Assembly: GCA_905480575.1 (NCBI GenBank)
Contig: CAJQQZ010000046.1
Location: 556-64,555, forward strand
Reading direction: 5' to 3'
DNA: 64,000 nucleotides
Source: an uncultured Alphaproteobacteria bacterium
GTDB taxonomy: Bacteria; Pseudomonadota; Alphaproteobacteria; UBA7985; CAJQQZ01
The position numbers and the translations under genes are program-made. Below, piece after piece: positions 49,402 to 59,688 of the stretch. How positions within the stretch are numbered: position 1 is the first letter of the stretch; each line of letters begins with the position of its first letter. The notes under the pieces are model-generated. The model was not told the origin of the DNA and did not search any database. It saw only the letters and a list, made by a program, of their open reading frames with translations.

Positions 49402-50180
49402 CCATGACCAGTTCAGTAGCCATATCCATACGCAATCTTCACAAGTCTTTTGGCCCCAAGCATGTCTTAAAGGGCATAAACCTGGACGTCGCAACCAATG
49501 AATCCTTGGTCATCCTTGGTGGTTCTGGTTCCGGGAAATCAGTCCTGCTTAAGTCAATCCTTGGATTGATAGAACCTGATGAAGGCGAGATCTTGATCGA
49601 TGGGCAAAACTCTTTGAACATGTCGCGAAGTGACCGCGAAGATCTGATGGCTAAATTTGGCATGTTGTTTCAGGGTGGCGCGCTGTTTGACTCTCTTCCT
49701 GTGTGGGAGAACGTCAGTTTTCGCCACCTCATCGTCGATAGTATGGCTAGGGGAGAAGCAAAGCAGTTAGCTATTCAAACCTTAGCCAAAGTTGGTCTGT
49801 CAGACGATGTTGCTGATCTTTCGCCATCTGAATTGTCAGGTGGCATGCAAAAACGTGTTGGGCTAGCACGGGCTATCGTGTCCAAGCCCTCAATCATCTT
49901 TTTCGACGAACCCACGACGGGCCTTGATCCCATTATGGCCGACGTCATCAACGATCTCATAAGAGGATCTGTCAGCGACTTAGGGGCCACTGCCCTTTCC
50001 ATCACACACGATATGGCCAGCGCCCGCAAGATATCGGACCGGGTCGCGATGCTTTATCACGGCGAGATTATCTGGCAGGGTCCATCCTCTCAAATGGAGA
50101 ATTCAGGCAACGCCTATGTCGACCAGTTTGTTCACGGCCGCGCAGAGGGTCCAATAGCCATGCCAGTTCTAAAAGGCTGA
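49398..50180 (+). CDS. mlaF: MlaF family ABC transporter ATPase
   Basis: GGSGSGKS, FQGGALFDSL, LSGGMQKRVGLAR and DEPTTGLDP motifs. Confidence 0.92.
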   Translation: MTMTSSVAISIRNLHKSFGPKHVLKGINLDVATNESLVILGGSGSGKSVLLKSILGLIEPDEGEILIDGQNSLNMSRSDREDLMAKFGMLFQGGALFDSLPVWENVSFRHLIVDSMARGEAKQLAIQTLAKVGLSDDVADLSPSELSGGMQKRVGLARAIVSKPSIIFFDEPTTGLDPIMADVINDLIRGSVSDLGATALSITHDMASARKISDRVAMLYHGEIIWQGPSSQMENSGNAYVDQFVHGRAEGPIAMPVLKG

Positions 50181-50260
50181 GAAGGGAAGCAAGCTGTCAC
50201 AAATTGTGATTGTTGCAATCTGGCAATTCATAAATCATAAGATCGCAGCAAACTTAATGT

Positions 50261-50275
50261 GGACAAAAAGTGAAC
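50261..50275. promoter_or_regulatory. putative LexA (SOS) box upstream of radA
   Basis: GGAC-AAAAAGT-GAAC, with the same spacing and A-rich spacer as the recA boxes. Confidence 0.55.
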
Positions 50276-50377
50276 ATTTGCTATTCTCATACCTCAGTCA
50301 CAACCGAATTTTCCACAACAAATGAACTGTTTTGGTTTGGACGCTTCTTTTCTCTATAACGAACACTAGGCGCTAGA

Positions 50378-51820
50378 ATGGCAAAACCAACCAAACTCTT
50401 TGTCTGCCAGTCCTGTGGCGCTTCTTTTCCCAAATGGGGCGGTAAGTGCACATCTTGTGGCACATGGGACTCATTGGTTGAAGAATTCCCAAAAGAAGTT
50501 GTGCCTGGTGGATTAGGACAATCGAAGAAACCCGCATCTCGGTCAAGCCGCATCGAATTCACCTCGCTCGATGATGCCGCCAAAGAAGTTGTGCGCTGGC
50601 CAACTGGCATTGGTGAATTTGACCGCGTGACAGGCGGCGGCATTGTTCCTGGCTCGGCAATCCTTATTGGCGGTGATCCTGGTATTGGCAAGTCAACGTT
50701 GCTGTTGCAAGTTGCCGCCATTCTCACTTCAGCAAAAGATAAGAAGCCCCTCAAAGTCGCCTATATCTCTGGGGAAGAAGCTGTCGATCAGGTGAGGCTC
50801 AGGGCCTCTCGCCTCGGTGTTGAAAAAGCACCAGTGATGCTAGCTGCGGCAACCTCCGTCAGAGACATCGTCAATTCACTGGATCAATCTGACGCTCCTG
50901 ATGTTGTTATTATCGATTCTATACAGACGCTTTATTTGGACTCCTTGGATTCCGCGCCCGGTACTGTGTCCCAAGTGCGCGGCTCTGCTCAGGAACTCAT
51001 TCGGTTAGCCAAAACTCACGGCTTCGCGCTCTTCCTTGTCGGTCACGTAACCAAGGAAGGTACGATCGCTGGGCCCAAAGTGGTCGAACACATGGTCGAT
51101 GCGGTTCTGCATTTTGAAGGCGACCGTAGTCACCATTTTAGAATCTTGAGGGCAGTTAAAAACCGTTTTGGACCGAGTGATGAGATCGGCGTATTCGAGA
51201 TGGTCGAAAATGGACTGGATGAGGTTAAGAACCCTTCCGCTCTTTTTCTTGCAGACCGCAACGAGGAAGTTAGCGGTGCCGCCGTCTTTGCTGGCATTGA
51301 GGGCACCCGCCCCGTCCTGGTCGAAATACAGGTGCTTTTGTCCCCCTCACCGCTTGGTACACCGAGGCGTTCGGTTGTCGGATGGGACAACAATCGATTA
51401 TCAATGATCCTTGCCGTTCTTGAAACCCGTTGTGGTTTGTCGTTGGCCGGAAAAGATGTGTATCTCAACGTCGCTGGCGGCCTACGCATACAAGAACCAG
51501 CCGCGGACTTGGCCGTTGCGGCGGCAATACTGTCGGCCACGATTGATCATCCACTCGACCAAGAGACGGTATTTTTTGGCGAAGTAGGGCTGTCTGGAGA
51601 AATCAGAGCTGTATCTTTGGCCGAAATGCGAGCCAAGGAAGCCGAAAAACTCGGTTTCAAAACAGCCGTAGCCCCAAAGCAGAAGCGGAAAAAGAAGTCA
51701 TCTAGTCAAACTGAGGCCACTTCTTCGCTGCAAATTAACTCTTTTGTACACTTAAATGACCTCTTGCGTGATCTTGCACGAAAGAAAGCCCCAAAAAAAG
51801 ACACAGATGTGCTAGACTAA
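50378..51820 (+). CDS. radA: DNA repair protein RadA/Sms
   Basis: C4 zinc finger, GDPGIGKST, KNRFG and Lon-like C-terminus. Confidence 0.98.
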   Translation: MAKPTKLFVCQSCGASFPKWGGKCTSCGTWDSLVEEFPKEVVPGGLGQSKKPASRSSRIEFTSLDDAAKEVVRWPTGIGEFDRVTGGGIVPGSAILIGGDPGIGKSTLLLQVAAILTSAKDKKPLKVAYISGEEAVDQVRLRASRLGVEKAPVMLAAATSVRDIVNSLDQSDAPDVVIIDSIQTLYLDSLDSAPGTVSQVRGSAQELIRLAKTHGFALFLVGHVTKEGTIAGPKVVEHMVDAVLHFEGDRSHHFRILRAVKNRFGPSDEIGVFEMVENGLDEVKNPSALFLADRNEEVSGAAVFAGIEGTRPVLVEIQVLLSPSPLGTPRRSVVGWDNNRLSMILAVLETRCGLSLAGKDVYLNVAGGLRIQEPAADLAVAAAILSATIDHPLDQETVFFGEVGLSGEIRAVSLAEMRAKEAEKLGFKTAVAPKQKRKKKSSSQTEATSSLQINSFVHLNDLLRDLARKKAPKKDTDVLD

Positions 51821-51932
51821 TCACATTGAAAGTTTTGGCTGAGGCTTGACCTAAACCGCTGTAATGATTAGACAAGCGCGGTTTGCGCGGAAATGTGTTT
51901 TTCCGAAGCCATCTATAGTTTGAGATGATTTG

Positions 51933-52628
51933 ATGGACTCCTTACCCTTTAATATTATTGATGCCGTTGCCATTGGCGCGATTGTTTTATCTGCATTGTT
52001 TGCTTATTTCCGTGGTTTCGTCCGCGAAATTTTGTCAATTGCAGCCTGGGCACTCGCCGCTTTTACAACGCTCGCTCTACTGGATTTTAGCCGAGATCTC
52101 ATTAGCCAGTACGTCCCCATTCCATTGGTGGCTAACGGACTTGCTATTGGTGGCGTTTTCATCATTCTGCTGATTTTGTTTTCCGCGTTGGCCATTCCCC
52201 TTTGGTCGTTGATTGGTCATACCGGTCTACGACCTATCGACAGAGCTTTGGGCGTAATATTTGGTTTCCTGCGTGGCGGCCTTCTAGTGATGGCGCTATG
52301 GATCGGGTTCGCATGGCTCGTACCAGAAGCCAGCCGTCCTAAGATCATTGAGACGTCGCGCGTTTTACCCTACATTGACGACGGTGCTAAATCATTGGTG
52401 GTTTGGGTTAAATCCATGCCGTACGGCTTTATTCAAACCAAAGGCACGCAGGGAATTCTCCAAGAATTAGAGAATGCGCTCAATATTGAGAAGCCTTCGA
52501 ACGCAGCAACGTTCCAATCGTTGAATAATCCGAAGCCTCTGGTGCCAACAAGTGCGACAGAAACAGCGGGTTATAACAATAGTCAACGCCAAGACCTGAG
52601 CCGTCTGCTAAACACCACTCAGCAATAG
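51933..52628 (+). CDS. cvpA: CvpA family (colicin V production) membrane protein
   Basis: RGFVREILS and IDRALGVIFGFLRG motifs; radA-cvpA-purF synteny. Confidence 0.9.
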   Translation: MDSLPFNIIDAVAIGAIVLSALFAYFRGFVREILSIAAWALAAFTTLALLDFSRDLISQYVPIPLVANGLAIGGVFIILLILFSALAIPLWSLIGHTGLRPIDRALGVIFGFLRGGLLVMALWIGFAWLVPEASRPKIIETSRVLPYIDDGAKSLVVWVKSMPYGFIQTKGTQGILQELENALNIEKPSNAATFQSLNNPKPLVPTSATETAGYNNSQRQDLSRLLNTTQQ

Positions 52629-52648
52629 TTGATATAAGGATCCGAAGC

Positions 52649-54109
52649 ATGACCTTCTTCTCTCCCTTCGCTCAAGACGATGACCGACCCAGAGAAGAAT
52701 GTGGAATCTTCGCTACCTATAACAACGACGATGCCTTCGCTCATACGGTGCTGGGCCTCCATGCATTGCAACACCGCGGACAAGAAGCTGCTGGTATCGT
52801 CTGTTATGACGGCAAGACGTTCAACGCTCACCGTGCCGTCGGCTTAGTTGGCGATAATTTCAATGATCCGAAAGTAGTTGATTTGTTGGTTGGTCCTGCC
52901 GCCATCGGGCATGTCCGTTATTCTACTGCCGGTGGATCCGCCGCTCGCAACATCCAGCCGCTCTATGCTGATCTGGACTTGGGTGGTTTCGCAATAGCCC
53001 ATAACGGCAACCTCACGAATGCGCATATTCTACGCCAAGAACTAACTTCAAAAGGTTCTCTGTTCCAATCAACAGCCGATACAGAAGTCATTATCCATTT
53101 GATGGCGCGCAGCCTACGTCGCCATCGCATCGACCGTCTCGTTGAGGCTTTGTCTCAAGTTGAGGGTGCCTATTCCATCGTTGCACTCAATGAAAAAATG
53201 GTCATAGGCGTTCGTGACCCCTTAGGTGTGCGCCCCTTAGTTATCGGCAAAATTGGTGAATCTTACATTCTAGCCTCTGAAAGCTGTGCCCTTGATATCA
53301 TGGGCGCTGAATTCATCCGCGATGTTGAACCTGGTGAAGTGGTCATCTTGGATTCCGATGGCCTTCACAGCCGTTTCCCTTTCCCGAGGTTGAAGCCCCG
53401 CAGCTGTATTTTTGAGTACCTCTATTTCGCGCGACCCGATTCTGTCATGGAAGGTGTTTCTGTGTATGAATCGCGCAAACGCGCAGGCGAAGAACTGGCG
53501 AAAGAAAGTCATGTTCCAGCCGATGTCGTCGTGCCTGTTCCGGATTCAGGTGTCCCCGCTGCCCTCGGCTATGCGAACCAAGCTCAGATTCCGTTCGAAC
53601 TCGGTATCATCCGCAACCATTACGTCGGCCGTACCTTCATTGAACCAACGCAACAGATCCGCCACTTAGGCGTAAAGCTGAAGCACAACGCCAACTCAGC
53701 AAGGTTGAAGGGCCAACGTGTCATCCTGGTCGATGATTCAATCGTTCGCGGCACGACATCGATCAAAATCGTTGAAATGGTAAGAGCAGCTGGCGCAACC
53801 GAAGTACACATGCGTATCGCCGCTCCACCAACAGCTAGCCCTTGCTACTATGGTATCGACACACCAGAAAAGAATGAGCTGCTGGCTCATAAAATGCCCG
53901 GTAGTGAAATGGCTGCCCATATTGGTGTCGACAGTTTGGCATTTATTTCCGTTGATGGTCTCTATCAGGCCGTAGCGGGTACGAAACGAGACAATGACAG
54001 TCCACAATACTGTGACGCCTGTTTCACTAACTCCTATCCCACGCGCCTGAGCGATAAAGAAGAGAAGAGGTCAGCCCCTCAACTATCTCTCCTTTCGGAA
54101 ACTGCCTAA
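52649..54109 (+). CDS. purF: amidophosphoribosyltransferase
   Basis: EECG, LQHRGQE, VPDSG, VDDSIVRGTT and YCDACF motifs. Confidence 0.98.
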   Translation: MTFFSPFAQDDDRPREECGIFATYNNDDAFAHTVLGLHALQHRGQEAAGIVCYDGKTFNAHRAVGLVGDNFNDPKVVDLLVGPAAIGHVRYSTAGGSAARNIQPLYADLDLGGFAIAHNGNLTNAHILRQELTSKGSLFQSTADTEVIIHLMARSLRRHRIDRLVEALSQVEGAYSIVALNEKMVIGVRDPLGVRPLVIGKIGESYILASESCALDIMGAEFIRDVEPGEVVILDSDGLHSRFPFPRLKPRSCIFEYLYFARPDSVMEGVSVYESRKRAGEELAKESHVPADVVVPVPDSGVPAALGYANQAQIPFELGIIRNHYVGRTFIEPTQQIRHLGVKLKHNANSARLKGQRVILVDDSIVRGTTSIKIVEMVRAAGATEVHMRIAAPPTASPCYYGIDTPEKNELLAHKMPGSEMAAHIGVDSLAFISVDGLYQAVAGTKRDNDSPQYCDACFTNSYPTRLSDKEEKRSAPQLSLLSETA

Positions 54110-54123
54110 GGCCCCGCCTTGAA

Positions 54124-54660
54124 ATGTTACTCCGTTTAACCAGTGGTCTCTTTGCTCTAGCCTTTGCATTGCTACTTGCCCAAGTTCCAGGATTTTTTGC
54201 GGAAAAGCAAAATCAACTGAACCAACGAGATGCTCTGCTAATAGACAAGATTGCCGTCTTCTCGGAAACGGCGGCTTCGACTGGTATGGCTCTGCCTCAA
54301 TTTGTTCAGTCACTCCAAAGCCATAATGACGATGCTATCCGTGCTCAGGGTATTGAGATCGCCAGGACTTTGGAAAACCAAACAAGAGTTAAAGAAAGTC
54401 TAGAAGCCTTTTCTGCCGCAACACCAACGTCAAAACTCGCTTTGCTCCTTCTGTATCACCGTACTTTGAACAATCTGCCATTGGAGCGCGATCAACTGTT
54501 TCAGTTGCCGAAGGACCAGGAAAGCTATTCCTATGGCTTGTTTGGATTCATTGTTGGCATTTTCTTTTTCTCCCTCCTGCTTTTTCTCGGATTGAGTTTG
54601 AAAAAGCTCTATAAGCTGCGCCAAGCTCGAAAGCTATTGGCGAGCCGGGGTTATGGATAA
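54124..54660 (+). CDS. DUF2937-like membrane protein
   Basis: N-terminal TM ending LLAQVPGF, helical middle, C-terminal TM; family call from recall. Confidence 0.6.
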   Translation: MLLRLTSGLFALAFALLLAQVPGFFAEKQNQLNQRDALLIDKIAVFSETAASTGMALPQFVQSLQSHNDDAIRAQGIEIARTLENQTRVKESLEAFSAATPTSKLALLLLYHRTLNNLPLERDQLFQLPKDQESYSYGLFGFIVGIFFFSLLLFLGLSLKKLYKLRQARKLLASRGYG

Positions 54661-54677
54661 TAGGATTCTTTCGTTAA

Positions 54678-55388
54678 ATGACTAAGCTGCTGGAAAATCG
54701 AATTGCTCTCGTCACAGGTGCCTCACGCGGAATCGGAGCAGCCGTCGCCCGTCGTTTCGCTGAGGAAGGTGCTACGGTGGTTGCCACAGCGCGCACCGTT
54801 GGCGGCCTAGAAGAACTGGACGATGCGATCCTGGAATCAAGCGGCCAAAGAGCGACACTTGTACCAATGGACCTGCGCCAGTTCGACCAAATCGACAATC
54901 TAGGCCACGCTCTTTATGAGCGTTTTGGCAAACTAGACATCGTGGTCGGCAATGCCGGATTCATCTCGGAGCTAACGCCAACCTGGTTGATGGACCCTGA
55001 TAGCTGGTCACGGATGTTAGATGTGAACCTGACAGCCAACGCACGGCTCATTCGGTCAATGGACCCTCTGTTACGTCAGTCTGAGGCTGGACGTTCCATC
55101 TATGTCACATGCGACATGGGCAAAGATCCTAGACCGTTTTGGAGCTTCTATGGAGCAACAAAGGCTGCGCTGGAAAATCTTGTATCGGCTTACGCCGCTG
55201 AAATTCAACAATCTTCCATGCGAGTAAACCTGATCAATCCGGGTCCGGTTAGCACAGCCACGCGGTCAAAGGCTTTCCCAGGTGAAGACCCGGCTAATCT
55301 AAAAAGCCCCGACGATGTAACAGATGCTTTTGTCCAAATGGCAACCGCGTCGTTTCAAGACAATGCGACCTACGTCAGAGCGCAATAG
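54678..55388 (+). CDS. short-chain dehydrogenase/reductase (YciK-like, purF-adjacent)
   Basis: TGASRGIG, GNAG, YGATK and R.KAFPGED motifs. Confidence 0.9.
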   Translation: MTKLLENRIALVTGASRGIGAAVARRFAEEGATVVATARTVGGLEELDDAILESSGQRATLVPMDLRQFDQIDNLGHALYERFGKLDIVVGNAGFISELTPTWLMDPDSWSRMLDVNLTANARLIRSMDPLLRQSEAGRSIYVTCDMGKDPRPFWSFYGATKAALENLVSAYAAEIQQSSMRVNLINPGPVSTATRSKAFPGEDPANLKSPDDVTDAFVQMATASFQDNATYVRAQ

Positions 55389-55397
55389 CGCCTCTTT

Positions 55398-56807
55398 CTA
55401 ATTCACTCTGCCGCTGTAAGGGTTCTTGCCCTTTCTCAGGATGTAGCGGATCGGTGTTCCTGGCAGATTAAAATCCTCCCTCATCGCATTCATAAGGTAG
55501 CGAGAGTAAGACTCCGGTAGATCAGCAAGCTGGTTCCCGAAAAGAACGAACGTCGGCGGTCTGATCTTCGCTTGGTTCATATAGCGAATTTTCACCCGGC
55601 GGCCATTGACCAGCGGCGGTGTATGCTGCTCGAGTTTTTCCTCCAGCCACCTGTTCAACAAAGAAGTACCAATATGCGTACTCCATGTTTCAAACAGGTC
55701 AAAAGCTGCCGTCAGAAGCTTGTCCAAGTTCCGCTCATGCAGTGCCGAGATAGTCAACGTCGGTATCCCCCGCACACGAGGTAAGGAAGTCGCCAGTCTG
55801 TCATTCAGACGCTGCAGAACTGCCTTGTGCTCATCAACTGTATCCCATTTGTTTACAGCAATGATCAAGGCGCGGCCTTCTTCGATAACACGGCGCGCAA
55901 TTGTTAGATCTTGTTTGTCGAGCAGCTCATCAGGATCAACCACCAGGATGACGACCTGTGCAAACCGCAGAGCGCGCAAACTATCACTCACCGATAGTTT
56001 CTCCACAGAGTCTCTAACTTTGGCTTGGCGGCGGAGACCGGCGGTATCAAACAATCTTACTGTCCGACCGTGGCTTTCAAAAAACACCGAGATCGAATCT
56101 CTTGTGAGACCAGCTTGCGGCCCCGTGATCATCCGTTCCTCACCAAAAAGAGCATTCACCAATGTAGACTTACCAACGTTTGGGCGCCCGACAACAGCGA
56201 TCTGAACGGGCTTGTTAACATCGACCTCAGTATAGATCTTGACGCCTTCTTCATCTTGATCTTGGCTGTCCAATTCCATTTCTGGCTCGTCGGAGGCTTC
56301 GATTTCCTCAGGCTCGTCATCGAGCCATTTTTCAAATAGCTCGAACAGCTCCGGCATACCTATGCCGTGTTCAGCCGAAATCGACATGGGTTCGCCCATC
56401 CCTAGGGAGAAGGCTTCCAAATACCCAGGGAATGCCGCGTTGCCTTCGTGTTTGTTCGCCAGGACTGTTACGTCCTTACCGGTCTTTCTTATCCATTGTG
56501 CAAAGTGTTCATCGGCCGCTGTCAGGCCGGCGCGGGCATCAATAACAAAAAGCACATGATCAACAGAGGCGATCACGCTTTCTGTGCTGATCCTCATCTT
56601 CCCTTCGATCGACTCATCGAAGCTTTCTTCCAAACCAGCCGTATCAATGAGTGTGAACTTCTTGCCGTCAACTGAGACTTCGCAATCGCGCCAATCTCTG
56701 GTGACACCCGGTCGGTCGTGGACAATGGCAAGTTTCCTACCAGCCATACGATTGAAAAGCGTCGATTTACCAACGTTGGGACGTCCAACGATTGCTACTG
56801 AAACCAT
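55398..56807 (-). CDS. der: ribosome biogenesis GTPase Der
   Basis: Two GRPNVGKST/DTAG GTPase domains plus KH-like C-terminus; start taken at MVSVAIVG. Confidence 0.97.
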   Translation of the reverse strand: MVSVAIVGRPNVGKSTLFNRMAGRKLAIVHDRPGVTRDWRDCEVSVDGKKFTLIDTAGLEESFDESIEGKMRISTESVIASVDHVLFVIDARAGLTAADEHFAQWIRKTGKDVTVLANKHEGNAAFPGYLEAFSLGMGEPMSISAEHGIGMPELFELFEKWLDDEPEEIEASDEPEMELDSQDQDEEGVKIYTEVDVNKPVQIAVVGRPNVGKSTLVNALFGEERMITGPQAGLTRDSISVFFESHGRTVRLFDTAGLRRQAKVRDSVEKLSVSDSLRALRFAQVVILVVDPDELLDKQDLTIARRVIEEGRALIIAVNKWDTVDEHKAVLQRLNDRLATSLPRVRGIPTLTISALHERNLDKLLTAAFDLFETWSTHIGTSLLNRWLEEKLEQHTPPLVNGRRVKIRYMNQAKIRPPTFVLFGNQLADLPESYSRYLMNAMREDFNLPGTPIRYILRKGKNPYSGRVN

Positions 56808-56930
56808 AAGAATTTGACCTACAGGCTTTCGCAATTACTCGAAGCGAGTGAAGCGTGAAACCTCTGCTTAATTAGTTGAAGGATCGGCGATTTGTATTTC
56901 TATGATGATTCATCGAAAATAAAAACCGCT

Positions 56931-58283
56931 TTAACGATATGCGATAAGGCGACCGTTTTCGTTGAGTATCAAAAGCGTGTTGTTAACGACGATCGGAGAA
57001 GTGACAACAGCGGTGCCGAGCTTTTCAATACCGATCACTTTCCCACTGTAGGGAGAGACATAAGCCATCAAACCATGGGAAGAGGCCAAAACCAATTTGT
57101 TGCCAGCTAAGACCGGCCCATACCAAGTAATAGCCCTTGTTTTTTGGCGGTTTTCAAACTTACTGAGTTCTCTCACCCAACGTGCGACACCCGTCGTTCT
57201 TTCAAGCGCAGCCATGCGTCCTTGAGCGGTAATGACGAATACATGGTCGGGACCGACTGCCGGTGACTGTTGCCCGCCAACTTCAGATTCCCACACCTGA
57301 ACACCACGCAAGAAGTCAAACGCAGCCATCCGGCCAGCGTGACTTAACACAAAAGCAAAGTTCCGATCGATAACAGGGGCTGCCTTCACCGCAGAAATCG
57401 TCGACAGCAGTGCCTCCGACCCACCACCGAATGGAGAGAGGCTGTCGCTCCAGAGAACCCTGCCTGTTTCAGCGTCCAAAGCCAGCACCTCACCAGAGCT
57501 GAGGCCGACCAAGACTGTGTTTCCATGAACCGCTGGCGATGAACCGCCTAACAATGAGGTCTGAGACTTTGCCCCTTGATGTTTCCAGACCTCTTTGCCA
57601 TCGATCACATCAAAGGCCAGCACTTGGTTATCTATTGTCACGACAAATACGAGCCCACCAGACACAGTGGGTGCTGCTCTAGAAGGTGCAGGAAGTGGTT
57701 TTCTCCAACGTCCCGCTCCTTCGCGAGCCGACAAAGAATGAATTTCCGCAAAACCAGTGGTGATGAACAAAGCGCCTTTGAAATAGGCGATGCCGCCGCC
57801 GAAGTAACCATCACGCTCTGAAAGAGGAACTAGATCACGATTCCAGTAGGACTTGCCATTAGCCAAATTAAACGCCGTCACTTTAGACGTGGCATCCATG
57901 GTGAAAACAACATTGTTCTTCACAATTGGCTGGGCCACTAACTTGCGACGCTTCGTTGAGCCTCGACCGATGGACGCTGACCAGGCCACTTTCGGCTTGT
58001 CTCTCAGGTTTACGTGATAAACACGATGCTGTGGATTGCCGCCTTCGTGTGTCCACTCTGTATTTGTATAGGGCTTAGAAAGGACAACAGGCTTTGCCCC
58101 CTCTCCTTGATCGCTGCCGTCTGAGGCCGTTTTAAATGCCTTCTCTCGCTCTCCGGGAAGAATTTCTTCTTTAGTACCAAAGCCAGAAAAATCACTGAAA
58201 TCACGGTAACTGTCAACGAAGGCTTCACAGGAAGACAGAAACAAAGCAACAATAGCGAAAACTATGAGGTGAGCGTTGCGCAA
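56931..58283 (-). CDS. bamB: PQQ-like beta-propeller lipoprotein (BamB-like)
   Basis: Lipobox LSSC, repeated A.D..TG..LW blades; TPR-bamB-der synteny. Confidence 0.82.
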   Translation of the reverse strand: MRNAHLIVFAIVALFLSSCEAFVDSYRDFSDFSGFGTKEEILPGEREKAFKTASDGSDQGEGAKPVVLSKPYTNTEWTHEGGNPQHRVYHVNLRDKPKVAWSASIGRGSTKRRKLVAQPIVKNNVVFTMDATSKVTAFNLANGKSYWNRDLVPLSERDGYFGGGIAYFKGALFITTGFAEIHSLSAREGAGRWRKPLPAPSRAAPTVSGGLVFVVTIDNQVLAFDVIDGKEVWKHQGAKSQTSLLGGSSPAVHGNTVLVGLSSGEVLALDAETGRVLWSDSLSPFGGGSEALLSTISAVKAAPVIDRNFAFVLSHAGRMAAFDFLRGVQVWESEVGGQQSPAVGPDHVFVITAQGRMAALERTTGVARWVRELSKFENRQKTRAITWYGPVLAGNKLVLASSHGLMAYVSPYSGKVIGIEKLGTAVVTSPIVVNNTLLILNENGRLIAYR

Positions 58284-58311
58284 CGTCTGTTCTTCCTTCT
58301 AATCTGGCTGC

Positions 58312-58956
58312 TTAGTTGATGCTGAGCGCTGTCAAATATTCGCTTGCACGGGCCTTCATTTGCCCAGGCAGATCGTCTAGCTTTTCCAACTCACCAAACA
58401 AGGTTTTAGCCTTCTCAACATCACCAGCGCGAATGGCCAACAAAGCGGTCATTTCGAGTGCCGCGAAACGGAAAGGTTTCCCTTCGCTAGTGAGTGGTGA
58501 CAAACGGTTGCTCAACACTTCAGCATCGCCCGTATCGAGCTGTTGCATCACTGAGAACACAGTTGCCAACTCACGGTACAAACCATCAACCTTAGTGTCG
58601 TTAGCGACTTTGTCATAAACGGCAACCGCATCTTCGGTGTTGCCGAGATTAATGAGAGATTTTGCACGCTCAAAACTGGCCAACATAGCGTAGGAGTCAG
58701 ATGTATCAGCTACTCTTGCTAAAGCCTGGGCTGCTCCTTCCTCGTCGCCTTGATTTCTAAGTTCTACGGCTTGAGCAAATTGCTGACTGCGCTCTTCGAC
58801 CTTACGTTCTTCGTATTCCATCCAGCCGTAATAGCCAGCGGAGCCAATAATAACGGCCCCAATCAATCCGAGAACATAAGCGCCATAACGTTTCCACCAC
58901 TGGAAAACCTTATCCTGCTTAATCTCTTCGTCGATTTCATTTAGGATATCAACCAC
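58312..58956 (-). CDS. TPR membrane-anchored protein (YfgM-like)
   Basis: DILNEIDEEIKQD..WWKRYG, single TM, helical repeats. Confidence 0.85.
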   Translation of the reverse strand: MVDILNEIDEEIKQDKVFQWWKRYGAYVLGLIGAVIIGSAGYYGWMEYEERKVEERSQQFAQAVELRNQGDEEGAAQALARVADTSDSYAMLASFERAKSLINLGNTEDAVAVYDKVANDTKVDGLYRELATVFSVMQQLDTGDAEVLSNRLSPLTSEGKPFRFAALEMTALLAIRAGDVEKAKTLFGELEKLDDLPGQMKARASEYLTALSIN

Positions 58957-59212
58957 AGCCCGTGTTCCTCGCGAGTCTAGAGTCCAAAAATCACTTGTAA
59001 CAATAGTGAGGTCTAAGCCTCAATTTTCTACTACCAAACGCCGGTTTATTATCTCTTTTTGCAGTCCGGCACCATAGCGAAAAGTCCCAGAATGTAAGAT
59101 TAGGGGGCATAAAGCACTTAAACATCCCAAATTTATGGCAAAAGACTGGACGCAGGGCGATTTTGCCATAAAGTTTACGAACACTTTCGAAATTCGGCGC
59201 GCACGCTACCCT

Positions 59213-59560
59213 ATGTCAAACGTCTATTCCTTAGAGCAGTTCAAAAAGAGCAAACGAGGTAAAACGAACAAAGCTATCTTTTTTGATAAGAAGGAGCTCG
59301 GCCAGTTATTGAATGTTTACAGCCGACAAGTCGCTCAGGGAATTTGGAAAGACTATGCCATTGATCAATTGCCTGGTCTCGTTGTTTTCTCGATTTTTAA
59401 GAATGCCCACGAACATCCAATCTACACAATCGTGAAGCAAGTCCATCCCAGCGGCAAAGGCCGCGAGTATCTGGTCCATGCAGGTGCGAAGCAACTCTCA
59501 AAGAGCGATCAACTCTCAAATGCCCTCAGAGTCTTAGAAAAGAAGACAATTTTGGCATAA
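59213..59560 (+). CDS. DUF2794 family protein
   Basis: FFDKKEL..LLNVYSRQVAQG.WKDYAID..VFSIF...E.P.Y.I.K motif. Confidence 0.8.
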   Translation: MSNVYSLEQFKKSKRGKTNKAIFFDKKELGQLLNVYSRQVAQGIWKDYAIDQLPGLVVFSIFKNAHEHPIYTIVKQVHPSGKGREYLVHAGAKQLSKSDQLSNALRVLEKKTILA

Positions 59561-59688
59561 ATTCGAATTTTTCTTCGAATCCAGTGAAGATAATCTTTGA
59601 TTTATCGTTATATTTGTTTATGTTAGCGTCTATTGCTGCCATCGTTTATTAAGATGTGCTTGCTGATTTTAGAGTTAAGGAATTCAAA

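Noticed and set aside
50197-50220. Overlapping short palindromes TCACA-N3-TGTGA and GATTG-N3-CAATC
   Set aside because: 5-bp arms, with orientation and spacing unlike CRP/FNR sites; could be chance.
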